A stretch of 63,968 bases of DNA, filler included, from Lenisia limosa (taxonomy: Eukaryota; Protista; Breviatea): NCBI GenBank assembly GCA_001655205.1. It is 7 parts of 7 records of this genome, joined end to end, with 100 filler letters (N's around TTAATTAATTAA, not from the genome) between each part and the next. Parts side by side here need not be neighbours in the genome. Positions count along the whole stretch, not along the records: positions 16,810 to 43,000 come from LPNZ01004538.1; 6 more parts are not named here. The stretch is one strand, 5' to 3'. A model generated the notes under the pieces. The model was not told where the DNA came from, ran no database searches, and saw nothing but the letters and a program-made list of their open reading frames with translations. Positions 28,400 to 42,297 of the stretch are shown piece by piece. A program made the position numbers and the translations under genes. The stretch's first letter is position 1. Each line of letters opens with the position of its first letter.

Positions 28400-29700
28400 A
28401 ACATTGTCGAAGTGCGGGATTCCGGGGTGATGCGCGCGGACGTCATCATACGCTCTTGTCTTCATAGATAGCATGTGTTTTTCTAATATTCAAAAACAAA
28501 TGTCAGGAAGAAAACCACACTACAGCCAACTGCTAACTGAGCATGGAACAGGTAGAATACCTTGGAGGTAATACAGAGCCGAACTAAGGTGAATCGCGGA
28601 CCATTTGGTACCTTGGCCACCTAAAGACAATGAAACGACTTTGCGAGCGGCCTCCTTCAGCTGTGTTCCGAGAGGAGTAGTTGTAAGCTGGATCTGGTGG
28701 AGATACTCCTCTTTGTCGGCCTCGACACATCAATTGGCTTTTTCAAGAAACTCGAAACCAACCTTTTTTCAAAAGTAATTGAATTGCTTGGTTGTTGGTT
28801 TTGCAGTTCAGCCTTTCGGTTGGCCTTGCCTCTGGCACTTGCCAGAAAATGCGCACAGCCACGGCAGGACTGGTGGTCATTCGCCCCTCTCTCATATACT
28901 CGGACACATTGAAATAAAAAAATGGGATAATGTCAAACCAAAATATGAGACGTGATAGGAGTTGATCTTTATATTGATATGAATACTATTTTTGGTGGTT
29001 GAAACAGTAAAAATCCACAACGCAAAGAAAAGTCCATAAAATAAGCAAGCAAACGGGAGCAAAGGGTCGCTACGACATGATAATTGCCAGGATTCTGAGT
29101 AACGCTGGAAAAAATTACAAAAAAAAAAGGAAAGAAAGAAAGAAAAACAAAAACAAAAAAAATGAAAGAATGAATGATGAACAAAAACTGCTTCTTACAT
29201 GAGTGACGAAGGCTGCGAATACACTATAACTTCTTCCACCAAAACACCGCATTGTGACAGGATACGTGGGCTGATTCCGCCTGATTGGTTATCTCAGTGA
29301 AAGATAACAAAGTCCTACGGCAAATCCTTGTTTTTGATGATAGCCATCACAGCATCTTGTGGGCGACACGCAAGAGACACCGATCGAACAGACCGTGTTG
29401 GCAAATGAAGCACAGAGATGCTTGTGCCAAGCGCCTCAAGCTTCAGGCAAGCCTTGGTTGAATCATTGATCTTGGTTGTCAATCTTTGTTTCAGTCACAG
29501 AAATGAAAGCCGGGAAGGGTGTCTTTTAAGGTTGATAAACCCCAAAACAACAGACAGCCTCATCAATGAGGGGTCTCATCATAAAATCCCGTCAATCACG
29601 ATCACCACAACAGCACAAAGGATACACAAGAAGGGATGCTCACTTAAGCTTAGAGTGGAGCCTCTTCTTGTGAAGCTCCGTGGTTGAACCGCAGAGATGG
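28400..29700 (-). pseudogene. Degenerate multi-exon gene of unknown type
   Basis: Exon-like EADKEEYLHQIQLTTTPLGTQLKEAARKVVSL..., with stops in upstream segments. Confidence 0.3.
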
Positions 29701-30195
29701 TGAGGAGGTTTGTAAAAATCAACACAGAGGAAAGCTAACTCATTTTGTGTTCAAAATCATTAATATGCGACAGCTAGGCTGTGATACCTACATAAAACAT
29801 TCAAGTCTGATAAAACTACACCGACCAGGCTCACTAGCGAGAAAGGTTGTTCACCGAAAATACAATCAGCGACTTGACTTTTAATTCATAAACAGAGGAT
29901 AAACACCAGATATTGACCAGAAATAAATAAACACACAGAAAGAAAGCTAGGAAGGAAGTTCAGCTAGAAGAGTCCACTGGCAGGTTACCCTCGGTAACGG
30001 TCAAACGGACATTTTATTAAAGCTCTTTCTGGGTTGGCTTTACACGTTCAACCCATAGAAAAAAAAGTACAGAATGGTCTAATTATCAATAATACTAAAT
30101 ATAGTTGTCAATTTACCCATTTTCGATTTTGATTTTTCACCAACAATTTTAAAATTCTCTGAAGCTGGTATTGTTTCAAGCAAATTAAGTTAAGA

Positions 30196-30658
30196 ATGTG
30201 TGATGTTTCATCTGATGACATTAGAATTGCCTATGATGAGGTAAGAAGTGACAATCATGAAACTAACTGGTTTTTGTGAGTTTTTTTTATCTTGGCTTGT
30301 TCTTTCTTACCCTGAAGACACAAAAAGCGCTGTATTATATCTCGCTGGTTCTGGCTCTGGGGGAATAGAGGAGGCAAGATCATACTTGAAGGATGATGGT
30401 TTACATTATGTCTATTTTCGTGAAACTGTTGGTGACAATGAGTCTAAGAGAGCTAAATTTGTGTTTTTGTCCTGGGCAGGTGAGCAGGTTTCAGCTATTA
30501 AAAGAGCCAAAATGTCTGTGCATAAGGCAGATGTAAAAAAAGTTATTAGTTCCTTTGCAATTGAAATGCATTGTTCACAGCAAAGTGAAATCAGTCAAGG
30601 AGAGATTAAAACTACTTTGAATAAAGTTGGTGGAGCAAATTACTCTTGCAATACCTAG
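30196..30658 (+). CDS. COTL1: Coactosin-like ADF-H actin-binding protein
   Basis: MCDVSSDDIRIAYDEVRSD..TNW / LVLSY..GSGSGG..GDNESKRAKFVFLSWAGE..KRAKMSVHKADVKKV..GGANY; needs one short intron near 30270-30294. Confidence 0.88.
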
Positions 30659-32599
30659 CAGTGAATACATTCTTAATTTTTTTTTTCCCCTGGAAATTGT
30701 CATTAGATAAGCCTCTGGGGCGTTCTCAGCGTTTCTTCCTTGAAGCTGGGGGAATCTATCAATTTGCCCGTATGTTTACAAGATCCTCCGAGCAATATGT
30801 GAAGTTGGCAATTTCTGACAAAAAATAACGCATAAAAAACGGAGGATGTGTTCTCTAGTTCTCAGAAGCATCAGGAGTATGAGTAACTACAGAAGCATAA
30901 GCGAGCAGTTATTCAAGCTTGAGATTTAAGATTCTTGCGCACATCCCCATCACTTTTTTATTTGTGTTTTTCCTTCTTCCTCCTCCTTCCCTCTTGCCCT
31001 CTTGCAGTGCCGAAAACATTGTCTCCTCAATATAAAGAAGAAAAGGTATGATGCTAGTCTGTAACGCTCGCAATCTCATTTTCCAACATTAATTATGATT
31101 ATGTATAACACATCATATACCGCATTATGCCTCACAGCCTCATCATCATTCATAAGGTATGATCATCCCTAATCTCCTCTTCTACCATTCCCCCCCCCCT
31201 CCTTCTTCTTCACTATCCCAGATTCCTTTTTGCTCTTCTGATCTTGCTGATGCTGTTTTTTGTAAGCAACTATTTTGATATCTTTTAATAACTCTGTTCT
31301 AAGGCTGTCGTTTTTGTAGGCACAATAATTATTTTAGACGCCAACTCTAAACAAAGAATGAAGTTGGTGGTTTGAATAGATAATATTGGGCTAAGATATT
31401 CTATCATCTTACTCTACAGCGCTTTGATCAACAAGACTGTCCTTCAGACTTCAAGGCTGCGATTGAAAGTAGGTTGTCAGATTAAAGAAATGTGGTTCAC
31501 TTACACAAGACAGATTTTGCAGTTATTAGAATGTGTATGGGATAACCATTATATATGAGCCACTTAAAAAAGGGGGCATTATTGTGTGTGAGTGTGTGTG
31601 GCATTATTTTAAAATAGGAGGGTACATCACAGGCATTGCTGAGTGTCATTGAGATTTAATGCGAAGTTCATATCAAATGTGACATATTTTTATGTCTTAA
31701 TTACTCGTATGATATGCGTTTTTTTTTAACTCAGCATGTGAAGGGTAATTATTCACTTTTCTGAGTGTTTGAGAACCGACATATTGTTTCTAACATTTTA
31801 ACATTTCGTTTCAAAGTATGGTCTTTTTAGAAGACTTACCATATTAAACAGCAATTGGGCTTATATAATGACTCAGTTGTAGTTGCTGCAGAGTGTTAAG
31901 GAGGCTTTTATCAGCCATAGGCAGGCATTTAAGCCTTCATCAAAGAAGCCCTCCATCTTTAAGTACTTTTATTCACACCTCTAAGGACTGCCGAAGCTTT
32001 GTTGCAAATGTCCACTTTTTGATCACTATCCTTTGATTGTCGTACCGGATCGAGGCGTGTTAATTCCATTAGCGTATTTCTCACAGTCAAATGTGTTCCG
32101 TCATTTCGACCTTCGAATCGAGGTACTCTGGTCAATGCAACCTTGATGCACTTCAAAGTCACTGTTCTTTTCGGAGGCCCAACACCGGAGTGTCTAACCG
32201 TGTTTCGTCGCAACGAAAAGCAGTGAATTGGAGGGGTGAGGATGGTAGCAATGGAGCGATAGGATTCAGTTATATTGTTATTTGTATTAAACACTTAGGG
32301 GAAAACCACCAATGAGATTGTAGAAGAATTGAGAAATAATTTAACAGACCGTACACCTTTCTATCCAAAAACACCCCCACTGCATCGGTTTTAATCTTTA
32401 GATTCAACCGCCCCGTGTCATTTTCATGGACGGAATTGGCAAAAAGGGAACTGCGCCGGCCACGCAATAACCTCTTTGGAGTTCATTTCGTAAGTAATGA
32501 GAAGACGCTTGTCCAGGCAGGGTTTGGATTTATCCCCCACCAATCTGTAAAGTGTACAGAAATCGCTTTCAGTATGCAATTTGCATCTTTGAAGTAATC

Positions 32600-35500
32600 T
32601 ACCATAGAACTCATCATACCTACCTTTGGACCAAAATTCACTCCACTCCTCTGTACTCTATTACTGATAAATAGAAGAGCTTTGCAAAGTGCATTAGCAA
32701 TGCGATCACAAAATGAAGACGCTTATTTGCCAAGGCGCTTCAAGAACTCTTGCCAGTAACCTTGTGTACAAGGTTACAACGGGCTTTTGCCAAACATTTG
32801 GAAGAATTCACCAAATGTGTCTCTTCTAAAAAATGAAATCACTCAAGATATTGTGGGAAAGGCGTTGCTACTGAGGATAGTCGTCAAATATATAATTAGT
32901 GGAGTGGGGTCTCGCAGGAGACTCGTCAAATATCTCAGATGATATAGTATAAAAATATTATTCCTTTTGTGGGTATAAATAGATGTTTGATAGGAAAATC
33001 GCTTTGATAGAGTAAAACTATTTTCTGATTTTGCTGAAATCCAAGGTTTGTAAAATAATATCCACTTCTGCAAAGATTTTTTTTTTTGTCTTGTTTATTT
33101 TAAAAAAAGTTGTTCTGGAAATTTTGACCACTGATACAATACTGGGGTATGTGGTTCTGGGGGGGGGGGAGCCAAATATATATACATATATATATCATAA
33201 ATTAGTACAATACAATATCTGATATGATATCATCTAACTATCATATACAGTATAGTATATCATACTATATATGATATGTATAACATGAATATTTGACAAC
33301 CACCCTGACATGTCATTATATTAAAGAAATCCATTCCTATGGCCTTCAGAACGGTCTCAAAAAAGCTAATTCTGCAACTAAGTCACAAGTTTGTGAGGTT
33401 ATTATTTGATGAGGACTTGTATTAATTTTTTAAGAAATTGTTTAATAGATTGGCATATGATATAATACATATATATATTCACCGTCCATGATAAACAAAG
33501 TTGACGTTTCATTTTAATCATAGAATGTTAATTCATTGCATTTTTTAGGATAATCTTCAGAGTTAACTTCAATTAAAAACAACCAAAGAACATGTACGAC
33601 AGAAGACAAATGTTTAACCCATTTTTATGAAGAAATATGTGATATATTTTACATTTTTCCATACGCAAGACAAATAAGCATCAATCTCACCAAACTAGAA
33701 ATGTTGTCATCAACAAATAAAAGTTATTTTCACTTTTGTTAGCAACAAGAGTGTTAGGACAAGTCATATTTGGAGCTTTTTTTTGCATATTTCAAATAAA
33801 TTCACAAATAGAGGATAATTCACAGTTATATGGACGATGAACTCTCCTTGAAAGGTAGACTTAACAAACCCAGATCAAAACGATTGCCCAATGTCATAAG
33901 AAAACAACTCCCGAAATTGTTCAACTCACTTGAGATCGCTCACATTGTCGAAATACTTGTACATTCAACTTCAAATGGGCTCAAAGCCAGATAAGCCAGT
34001 GACGCAGTTGCTGTGATGACATTTAAGATGCGCTTCAACGAGAGGCAACACAACATACCAATAGTCATTGGGTCTTTGGGGGTCGACCTCTTGCAATCCG
34101 AGTCTGGTCGAGCTTCTTCCTTTGATATGCCAGAATAAGTCACTAACAAGTTATCGAAAAGGCCAATACCATCCAGTGCGCAGTTCCATTCTGCACTTCC
34201 TCCATCGGTGATGCCCTCTTGTGTCGCCACATCATGGCTGTTTGTGACGCACATGGGTTGTCAATGCTGTCAGAGAGTCTGATATCGTCGTTTTACTTTT
34301 GATCACCTGCCTCCATGACATTGTTAGACCGGAACTGAGGTTTACCTCTGTGGTATGAGGAACATTGACAAAAGAACCAAATCAGAGTCCTTTGTTTAAA
34401 TATTTTGACTATTGAGAGTACAGTCTCACACTCTACTCTTAATTGGTTTTCTTATATATATATGTTACAACCGGCATTGAGTGAGGGCGAGGTGACTGCA
34501 CACCCAACATTCCAACAAGACGCCACGTTTGTAGCTCATTTGAATAAAGAGCTGGAGGTAATTGCCTTTCTAGAAGAAGAATCATATAATGTAGTCGATT
34601 CTTGACCAATGTAAGCGTCAGAAGTGTCCTTCAGTCGTTGTGTTTTGTCCATCAGATCTTGTCGTTGTAACACAGCAATTTTCTGTATGTTGAGCTTATT
34701 CTTTTGATATTTTCATTGACCGCGATAAATCATGATTTTTAGCTTCATCTTCGCTCAATCATGTCAGGACCTATCACTTTCATTTTATACATATATTACA
34801 TTAGATAATGATATGCGCATTCGTGTGGCATGCCACTTTTTCTGACATTTCTGGATGATACGATATTTCATATCCACGCATGTGATAATTGACTGACAAG
34901 TCTTAATAAAACTCTAATACACCCGGGTGAACCCTCTTGTTATCTTCGCTCATAATTTCGACTAAAAAGTCGGCCATATGGTCATATCACTGGTGGATAT
35001 GGCACAATTCAATTTATTATTCATGAATATTGTCCTTGTAGGTATTTGGGGATGCTTGTTAAAGGTTATAAATTGTTATTGTACTGTATCCGTAATTTCT
35101 GTTTTCACTTTCAAAGAAAAGAACCGTGGGACCTGTGGATGACGAGCCTGCTCCCAAGCCATTCGAAACTTAGGTTTAAATCATCATTGAGTTTGTTTTT
35201 GAATTTCACAGCGTTTCGTTATTGTGGACCCAGTAATATTGATGAAAGCTATTAAAAAGATGTACCTTTTCGTTGTAGTAAACCCTATTTCTGCAAACAA
35301 AAACAAATTAAACTGCAAGAAAACACAATTTGTCTGCTAAGGGGGAGGGGGAAATGGCACCCATATCCAAAAAAATGGTGGAGTGGTTAGCTGACCATGT
35401 TAAAAAATAATTGTATAATATTTTTCCAGATCTCAGAGAGATCTGACCACATCATAGCTGTCCTCTTCACACTCTACCATATCACATTGAAGGAAGTTCG

Positions 35501-37260
35501 ATATACTACATATGTGTACGATGGCTCTCCTGTCAATAAGAAGGATTCTGTTGTTTGAAATGGATTAATTTCTAACACCCAGGTACTCACGGCACACTCA
35601 CATTTGGAGTTCTTGTCCCAGGAGTTCAAAGTGGACAAAATACTTTCCGACTCACCACCACAAAAGCCTCTTTCTCGCCCTGCCATCCTCAACTGGCTGG
35701 TAGGCGAGCTTGGTATCAAGTTAACATGCTTCAAGGAGCTCTTTGAGTCAGTTAGCAACAGCGGTGATGGCATGCTCTGATTAAGGCCTCACCATTTCAA
35801 GGGCTTTCGTTCAAAGAGCTAGTACAGAGGTGAGGAATAAGACTTCCCATGTAGTTTTGCTTAATTGCAACAAAACAGTTCTCAGCGTTTTATTTCTTCA
35901 GGATGTGAAACAGTGTTCACCCTACGAGCAGCCCAGGGCGTTCAACAAAAGTCTTCAGGAAATAATTGAGAGAATGGAGTAAATGGATGGAATATGTATA
36001 AGCGTGTCCCGCTANNNNNNNNNNNNNNNNNNNNNNNNNNNNNNNNNNNNNNNNNNNNNNNNNNNNNNNNNNNNTTTATCAATACAACATGTCTAGGTAA
36101 TTATTAAATTAAATAGCCAGAACTTTAGTGAGAATTAGCAGATCTAAAAATTTTAACACCTACCAGCAAGAGGTAGTTTCGATTTTGCAATCAGGAAAAA
36201 GTCATGAAAAAGATTACTTTTCCTATCCAAATAAATGTATTCATAGGTGGCTTTTATAATCCAAGCAAACGCAGAGGGAAGGCAAAGGAAGGCACTGAAA
36301 AAATTGAAATTTGAAAATGCAACATGATCAGGGGGTGATCTCTAAAAAAAATTGTGCCCAGTAAAAATACACTTCCCCCCCCCTTTTTTTAAAAAGTCTT
36401 TTTTCAAGCTTATTATCCTTTTAGTTTGTACTCATATTGATAATATTGTCATTTTGCTCGAGAAATACGAAAAACAAAGTCCCAATGGAGAGTAACGGGC
36501 CAACAGAAAAACAGTTGAAGAAAATAAGCCTTCGAAACCCCTTGAAACTGACGGTTTATCACTTCTCAACCACAGAGAGATCAACATTCTTCTGAAGGTA
36601 TCGATTGCAAGATATATTGAGCAATCTGGGCTCAATGAGTCCCTCCCTCGCGATGCTTATCGCTGTATTGACACCGATGGCAATTTTTCAGTCGTATTCT
36701 CTAGCGTGGCAATGCAAAGAAGGCCTCTGAAATCATGACGGAAGCCTACCCTCCTGGAGCTGACGACGACAATAAGTGGGTTTGGGCTAATATCATATCA
36801 TGACACACTCCCACAAGTTCCCACCTGGGGGATCTCTGGAATTCAGCCTCTCTTGCAATGCGACTTTGAGACCATCCTGCTTTTGCCAGACCCTTAATGA
36901 GTCCAATATCATGCTCGCCAAGTACAACATCTCCTTTTCTGCTTTTTTGGAGGGAATTAGCCAAATCGGAGAGAGAGCAGATCACAATAATTCAAGTAAT
37001 ATGAGACGGTAGTCGAATAATGCCATGATACATCTGATGTACAACACATGGCGAAACATTATTTGGCACCCTAACCTCCATCCTGCAAAATTTGTTGAAG
37101 GACTTGTTGCGTTTTCGACGTTTTCAGCCTCCGTGAGATCTGAATAAGCGGTAAAATGCTTTCTAAATGAGAAAAAACGCGTGAAACGAAGGTAACATAA
37201 AGGATATATGCCCATCCAACCTTCTCAAGAGCAAGAGTCAGAAATTGCTGGCGAATCGTC
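32600..37260. pseudogene. Cluster of degraded exon-like fragments on both strands
   Basis: Protein-like frames broken by stops, e.g. EFLKRLGK*ASSF, DNLQS*LQLK, AVAN*LKELLEAC*LDTK; family unassigned. Confidence 0.3.
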
Positions 37261-37625
37261 ATCAATACTTAAGTACCTTGCCTTGTGCCCACACAGGAAC
37301 TTTTGAGCCATTTTTTGTTTAACCCTTCACCATAGACGTCACTACCAGAAACGAGGACATAAGTGTGCAATTAAACTGTTTAAAAACAACAGTAATGGAT
37401 GTATCTTGATGAAATTTCACCCTTGAGTTCAATTCCCCGAGGGTCCATATTTTTGCACCTTTTTTGTCCGTATCTGACTTACCAAAAGGAGAAACTTATG
37501 GAAAATAAATTTCAAAAGTCACATAAGAGATATAACACAGATTTGGGTTGAGAACTGCAATAATTTTCAAAAAAAAGACGCGAAAGTCAAAAAATGGCAA
37601 AAAAAAATTGGGGGGAAAAACGGAC

Positions 37626-38230
37626 CTATGCATTTATTTTGTCCGAGACTGTTGTTGGTGAAATGACATGCGGTGCCAGGCGAACAAACGTAGTCAGACA
37701 TTTTGGAAAACAAAGACGAAATGACATAGAACTCTGAATGAAAAACACAACCCTCTTCATCAACCTCAGGCCTCTCATTGAACAGTTCACCACCATTTCA
37801 GTGAGGACAACGTCAGTAAAGCTGAAAGGTGAGAAACTGTAATTGAAGCATACTGCTGCCACTCGGAGATTATCATAGCCCAAGGCCAAGTTTGCGGGCT
37901 TTGAAAAAACTTGTACCATTTCATCGTAAATAGTACCCTTTACCAGCATCTGAGCATCCGCTAGAATAGTTTCCATTATTGTTTGGCTGAATAACCTGCT
38001 CTGTCTATTAGGGGTTAGGATTAAACAATCTTTCTAATAAACTAACCATGATACCAACAACTGGAGGCAGTGCAGAGTAACGGCCCTGAGGGATGGGGTG
38101 GTGTGTCGGCTCAGGTTTGCCAGTTGGTTGAGGATGTAATTAGCCATAGTAAGCATCTCCTGACTCAGCACAGTGGGGGACTGGTCCGCACAGAAGAACC
38201 TGCTGATGTCCTCCGCTTCGATCAAATCTC
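37626..38230 (-). CDS. Hypothetical two-exon fragment downstream of the recombinase relic
   Basis: ORFs of 63 and 116 aa separated by a GT-AG intron. Confidence 0.3.
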
Positions 38231-38449
38231 AGCGGAAAAGGTAGAAAAGGAGAGTTTTCGGATTTTCGTGTTCAAGATATCTGTCATTTATAAGACAATA
38301 GTAAAGAGTTGTCGTCAAAAACCCCAACAAAACGCGTTGAAAAGATAATCTTTTGTATCATATTCATAATGTGTGATGTATTCATATGATCGAGTCACAA
38401 TGATAATAATGAGCTCATCTCGAGCTCAGTTGTCACACTTGGTGCATCA

Positions 38450-40100
38450 TATTCCCGATAGGAATAACTTTAGTTTATAATTTATGGAAAGCGCCTACTC
38501 CATGACTTTGCGAATGGACATTCTAGGACCAACAGTTTGGTCAAAGCAAAGGTAGGTAATGGCCGACCGACTGAAAGGGCATTCGAACAATAACAGTGGA
38601 ATTCTTGACTTGCACTATAAAATATATCATATAATTAGTTAACAACTCTCAACGTAAGGTGTGCGGGGTGATCCGGGTGTAATAGTTCCCTAGGCCTGAA
38701 ACCTCAGTGACGGTCTTCAGCTGAGAGCGCCAGACCTAATGAAGTAAATTATAACTTCAGATTAATATGAGCTTGAGGTATTGTTTGTGATTATATCACG
38801 GCAAATCTTCCAGGATGTTGCGTGAGGTTGGGCCTTTCCGCCGTGGAGAGAAACCTTAACGAAAACAGGGTCTTCAGGGCCATTTGGAATGTGGTGTTTG
38901 GAATAAGTATCAAAGAGACTACGTAAGACACAGACGGGGCAGAACCAGCCTTCAACGCTCATTAGGGGCTCATAGTGAATCATCTTATCTGGAAGAGTTA
39001 TAATGATAAATAAAGGTATGAATAGCAATTATGCAAAGACCCATGCAGCAATCATGCATTCGAAGCACGTGGTGTATGTCACGAGTTCTTGCTCTCTGAG
39101 ACCGCTTTTGCCACCTTCTTGGAACTCTCCTGTGTTTCCATTGAGGTAGGTAACTCACTAACAGCGACAATCATTTTTTGATATAGTACATTATCATTTT
39201 GAAGTGAGAAGGCGATACATAGGAAGGTATGGTGAGTCTGTATACTTTTTTTAAAAAATAGAACTCTTTTCACGCAATTTATTTTTTAATAGAGTCATTT
39301 TGCGATGTCATTCATCTTTTCTCGCCATTTTGACGCTTCCTATGAAGTGAAAACATATCACGTTTTCCACCTTGGGAGTGTCAATCTGGTATGAGTTCCA
39401 GAAGACGTCCGCCCGTTACAGTTTGCGGTGGTTTCGTTTAAAAAAGCGTCACCATATCCTCTAAATTTGTTTTTAATAAAATGCAATACGATCGCCGTCA
39501 CTTTTTGCTGTGATGTTTGTGAAATATCGTTGTCCATTCACCTCATACCCTTACTTCGCGCACTTTTGGCTGGTCTGCGAGGTTTGTTCCCCAGAACTTG
39601 GGCAACTTTTCGAAGTGAAAGCGGAATTCACAAATTATCACATTGAGACAGACTGTAAAACACTGTCAATCTTGATTGAACAAATAATATCGATCAATTT
39701 GAATAAAAATAGCATGGCACACTTTCATGGCCCAATTCAAGAAATAACAGTCAAGTACATATGTTCATAATATTCTGATGACATACGTAGCAAATTGGCT
39801 CTCCATCCGAGTTGAGCTCCTTCTTGGTCAAAATGACCACAGCAGAATGTCAATGCCGTTTTAGAGATCAAGGTCCTTGAAGTTGGACTCGGCCAAGAAT
39901 GCATCAAAGTCCTCAGCGATATCAGCTTCAACAAGCTCTTCCTTTGCATTGTCAAGTTTCTAGGAAAGCTTTGTCCTGAAGGCAATGCGAGAGCAGTTGA
40001 AGCTGACGGATCATGAAGAGCAGGGTATTTCCGGCTGGGTTTCTTCCGCAGGTCAGCCTATGAAGACTGGAGCTGGTGAAAACGCTGAGGAGTACCTCAA
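38450..40100 (-). pseudogene. Intron-containing tyrosine recombinase relic (Crypton-like)
   Basis: WFCPVCVLRSLF..EDPVF, VWRSQLKTV..RITPHTLR (38652-38672) joined to RSAITYL (~38548-38571); in-frame TAG/TAA and an apparently mutated donor. Confidence 0.6.
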
Positions 40101-42205
40101 AGTAGGATCTCCTATAATTTTCCAATAAGAGTTATAAATGTATATTACACATATTGTACGTATCATTATATATTGTACATAAAATGATAATATGCTTCAT
40201 GTAGAGTTCATGACAATTTACGTTTTCCAGCTTTTCGAGGTGTTTTTTTATTTAATTTTGAAGATGACGGAAATCTTCGAAGGCAGGCTGGTACGGCTTT
40301 CAGAGCTAGGCTACAGACTCATGGACACGCTTTTTTCATCTTGCACGTGCGATGAATAAAGCGAATAAAGGACGTTGGCGGGTCAAGTTCTCACATTTTA
40401 GCTCCACAATGACTCTTTAGTGGTTGAAGACTTCTACAGTACTACGAGACTGCAATGGCGAGGTCATTGATTTTTTTTTCTTTTGGGAATCTTACCGCGA
40501 ATTAACCCAAATAGGTCATCAGATGTGGTCTTGTGACAGCAGCTCTGGCCAGTTGGGACACTGACGAGTGATATGTGCATGTCCCCTGACGCGTTTATCT
40601 TGGATAATAATAATCTCTTCATCATGGAGTGNNNNNNNNNNTAGCGCAATCTCGCGCTTCTCTCAACTACCACATATGCACTTCAGCTTGCATGACAGAT
40701 GCATGTTGCCAGTAGAAGTCAACATTTGTCTTCAATCTTTGGTGACTTCACAGTCAAAGGAACGGTCTTTGTTGACTCTTAGCTGTCCGGCTGTACTGTA
40801 TGCTGGGGATGGATTTTTGAATGACATCATCTTCACATGCAGCATTGTATTGATCTATTTTGATACCATCCTACTGTATAGTGTATGTGTAATACAGATA
40901 TAAAAGTGGTTTATCATAATATGATGTCAACGATAATGCACACATGTTCATGGAGAGGCGGTGTTTATGCAACTGGTGTCGGCTCTGACATTAAGGAAAC
41001 GTACCAAATTAAGAAGCAGGTGGATGGTGCCTATTTCAGTGAAGTCTTCTCAGTATTACAATCGATGGAGCAACTCTTCTTGGAGCTTCAGTGCGACGAC
41101 GGTGCTCTGAGGGCTGCTCAGGTTGAAAGAAATGGCTGATCGAGCTTCTCTTGTCTTTTCGGCTCAACTACATGTAGGTTATTTTTGGTTACACTGGTGT
41201 TTACTGCTTGTGTTTGTTCATTTAAAATTACTTTTCTGTTGTTTACAACCATTAAAATGCAGACACAGCAGTGAAAAACTTGGCCTTTGACCAATTCGCC
41301 TATTCTAAGCTTCACACTTTTGTTCCGAAGTGATTGATATTGATTTTCATTTAACTCTGCATTTCAGACTCATTTTTCAACTTTTTGTTTTTTACTTTTT
41401 GACCATCACAGCATTAAGATTCGCTTCTCCCTTGCCAAAGGATTATCACACGCCAGGCTTCCAAACCAGGACACACAGCACAGATAAAGTTGAGAACTTT
41501 TATTCACTTGTTCACTCCCACCTTTGTACTTTGCTCCAAGAGGGTTTTTTTGCCCAATTTGCGGCGACTATTAAGAGTATTTTATTTCCGTGTAAAGGCC
41601 TCACCATTGTGGCATTTTGTCACAAGCAAGCGAACCATTTCCAATCACCTTCCTCTTGACCTTCGACAATTGGTGTCAAGGTGGAACCTCCGCAACTGAA
41701 GAAATCTCGACCCAATCACCGTGTTTCAACCAAAACACAAAGCCCCCGTATCATCCACTACTGGCTAACAGATGAACCAAGTGACTATGGCTCTGTCATC
41801 TTTGGACTGACATTATTAGCTTTAGCTCCCCCCCCTTCTACTCCCTTTGTGTTTATGGTAATTTATTTCCTTTATTTGACCTTTGTTTTTTACTTGTGCC
41901 AAAACATGTTATTTTAGTCCAGATCAATGAAAGATAAAAACAATCATGTAGGTGTCATTTGAAATGATATAATATATTCAATATGAGCTAAAACTGGATA
42001 TGAGCCATTTCAATTCATTGCTACTGGTTACACAAACGTTGTTCATCTTGCTCTGGCTGAACTCTACATAGTGTCAGGGACGAGGAAACTAATATGAATA
42101 GGGATTTGGGGTGAGAAGAGCCGGCGGGCAAATTCCTTTGATTTTTCACTCAGTCACTAATTTAAAATGAAAAAAGAATAATACAAAAACAAAGTGTCAT
42201 GAGTA

Positions 42206-42297
42206 GGGCTTCCCCTATCCCAAAAAAGACTAAATTTCTCGACAATTCCCGACAAACATCGATAATTTTCGCTCTGTTTCGGACCTTAGGGAAGCCC
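42206..42297. mobile_element. ~95 bp MITE with TA duplication
   Basis: TA|GGGCTTCCC ... GGGAAGCCC|TA. Confidence 0.88.

Noticed and set aside
31300-32600. A third DDE_1 relic (VIFMDG..., FIPHQS)
   Set aside because: Motifs are too degenerate and stop-ridden to support a call.
37316-37330. TTAA|CCCTT piggyBac-like end
   Set aside because: No matching AAGGG|TTAA end or piggyBac transposase was recognised in the window.
38690-38745. GC-rich hairpin that looked like a SECIS element or ribozyme
   Set aside because: No SECIS quartet geometry or hammerhead core; it reads as a coding exon (VWRSQLKTVTEVSG) of the recombinase on the minus strand.
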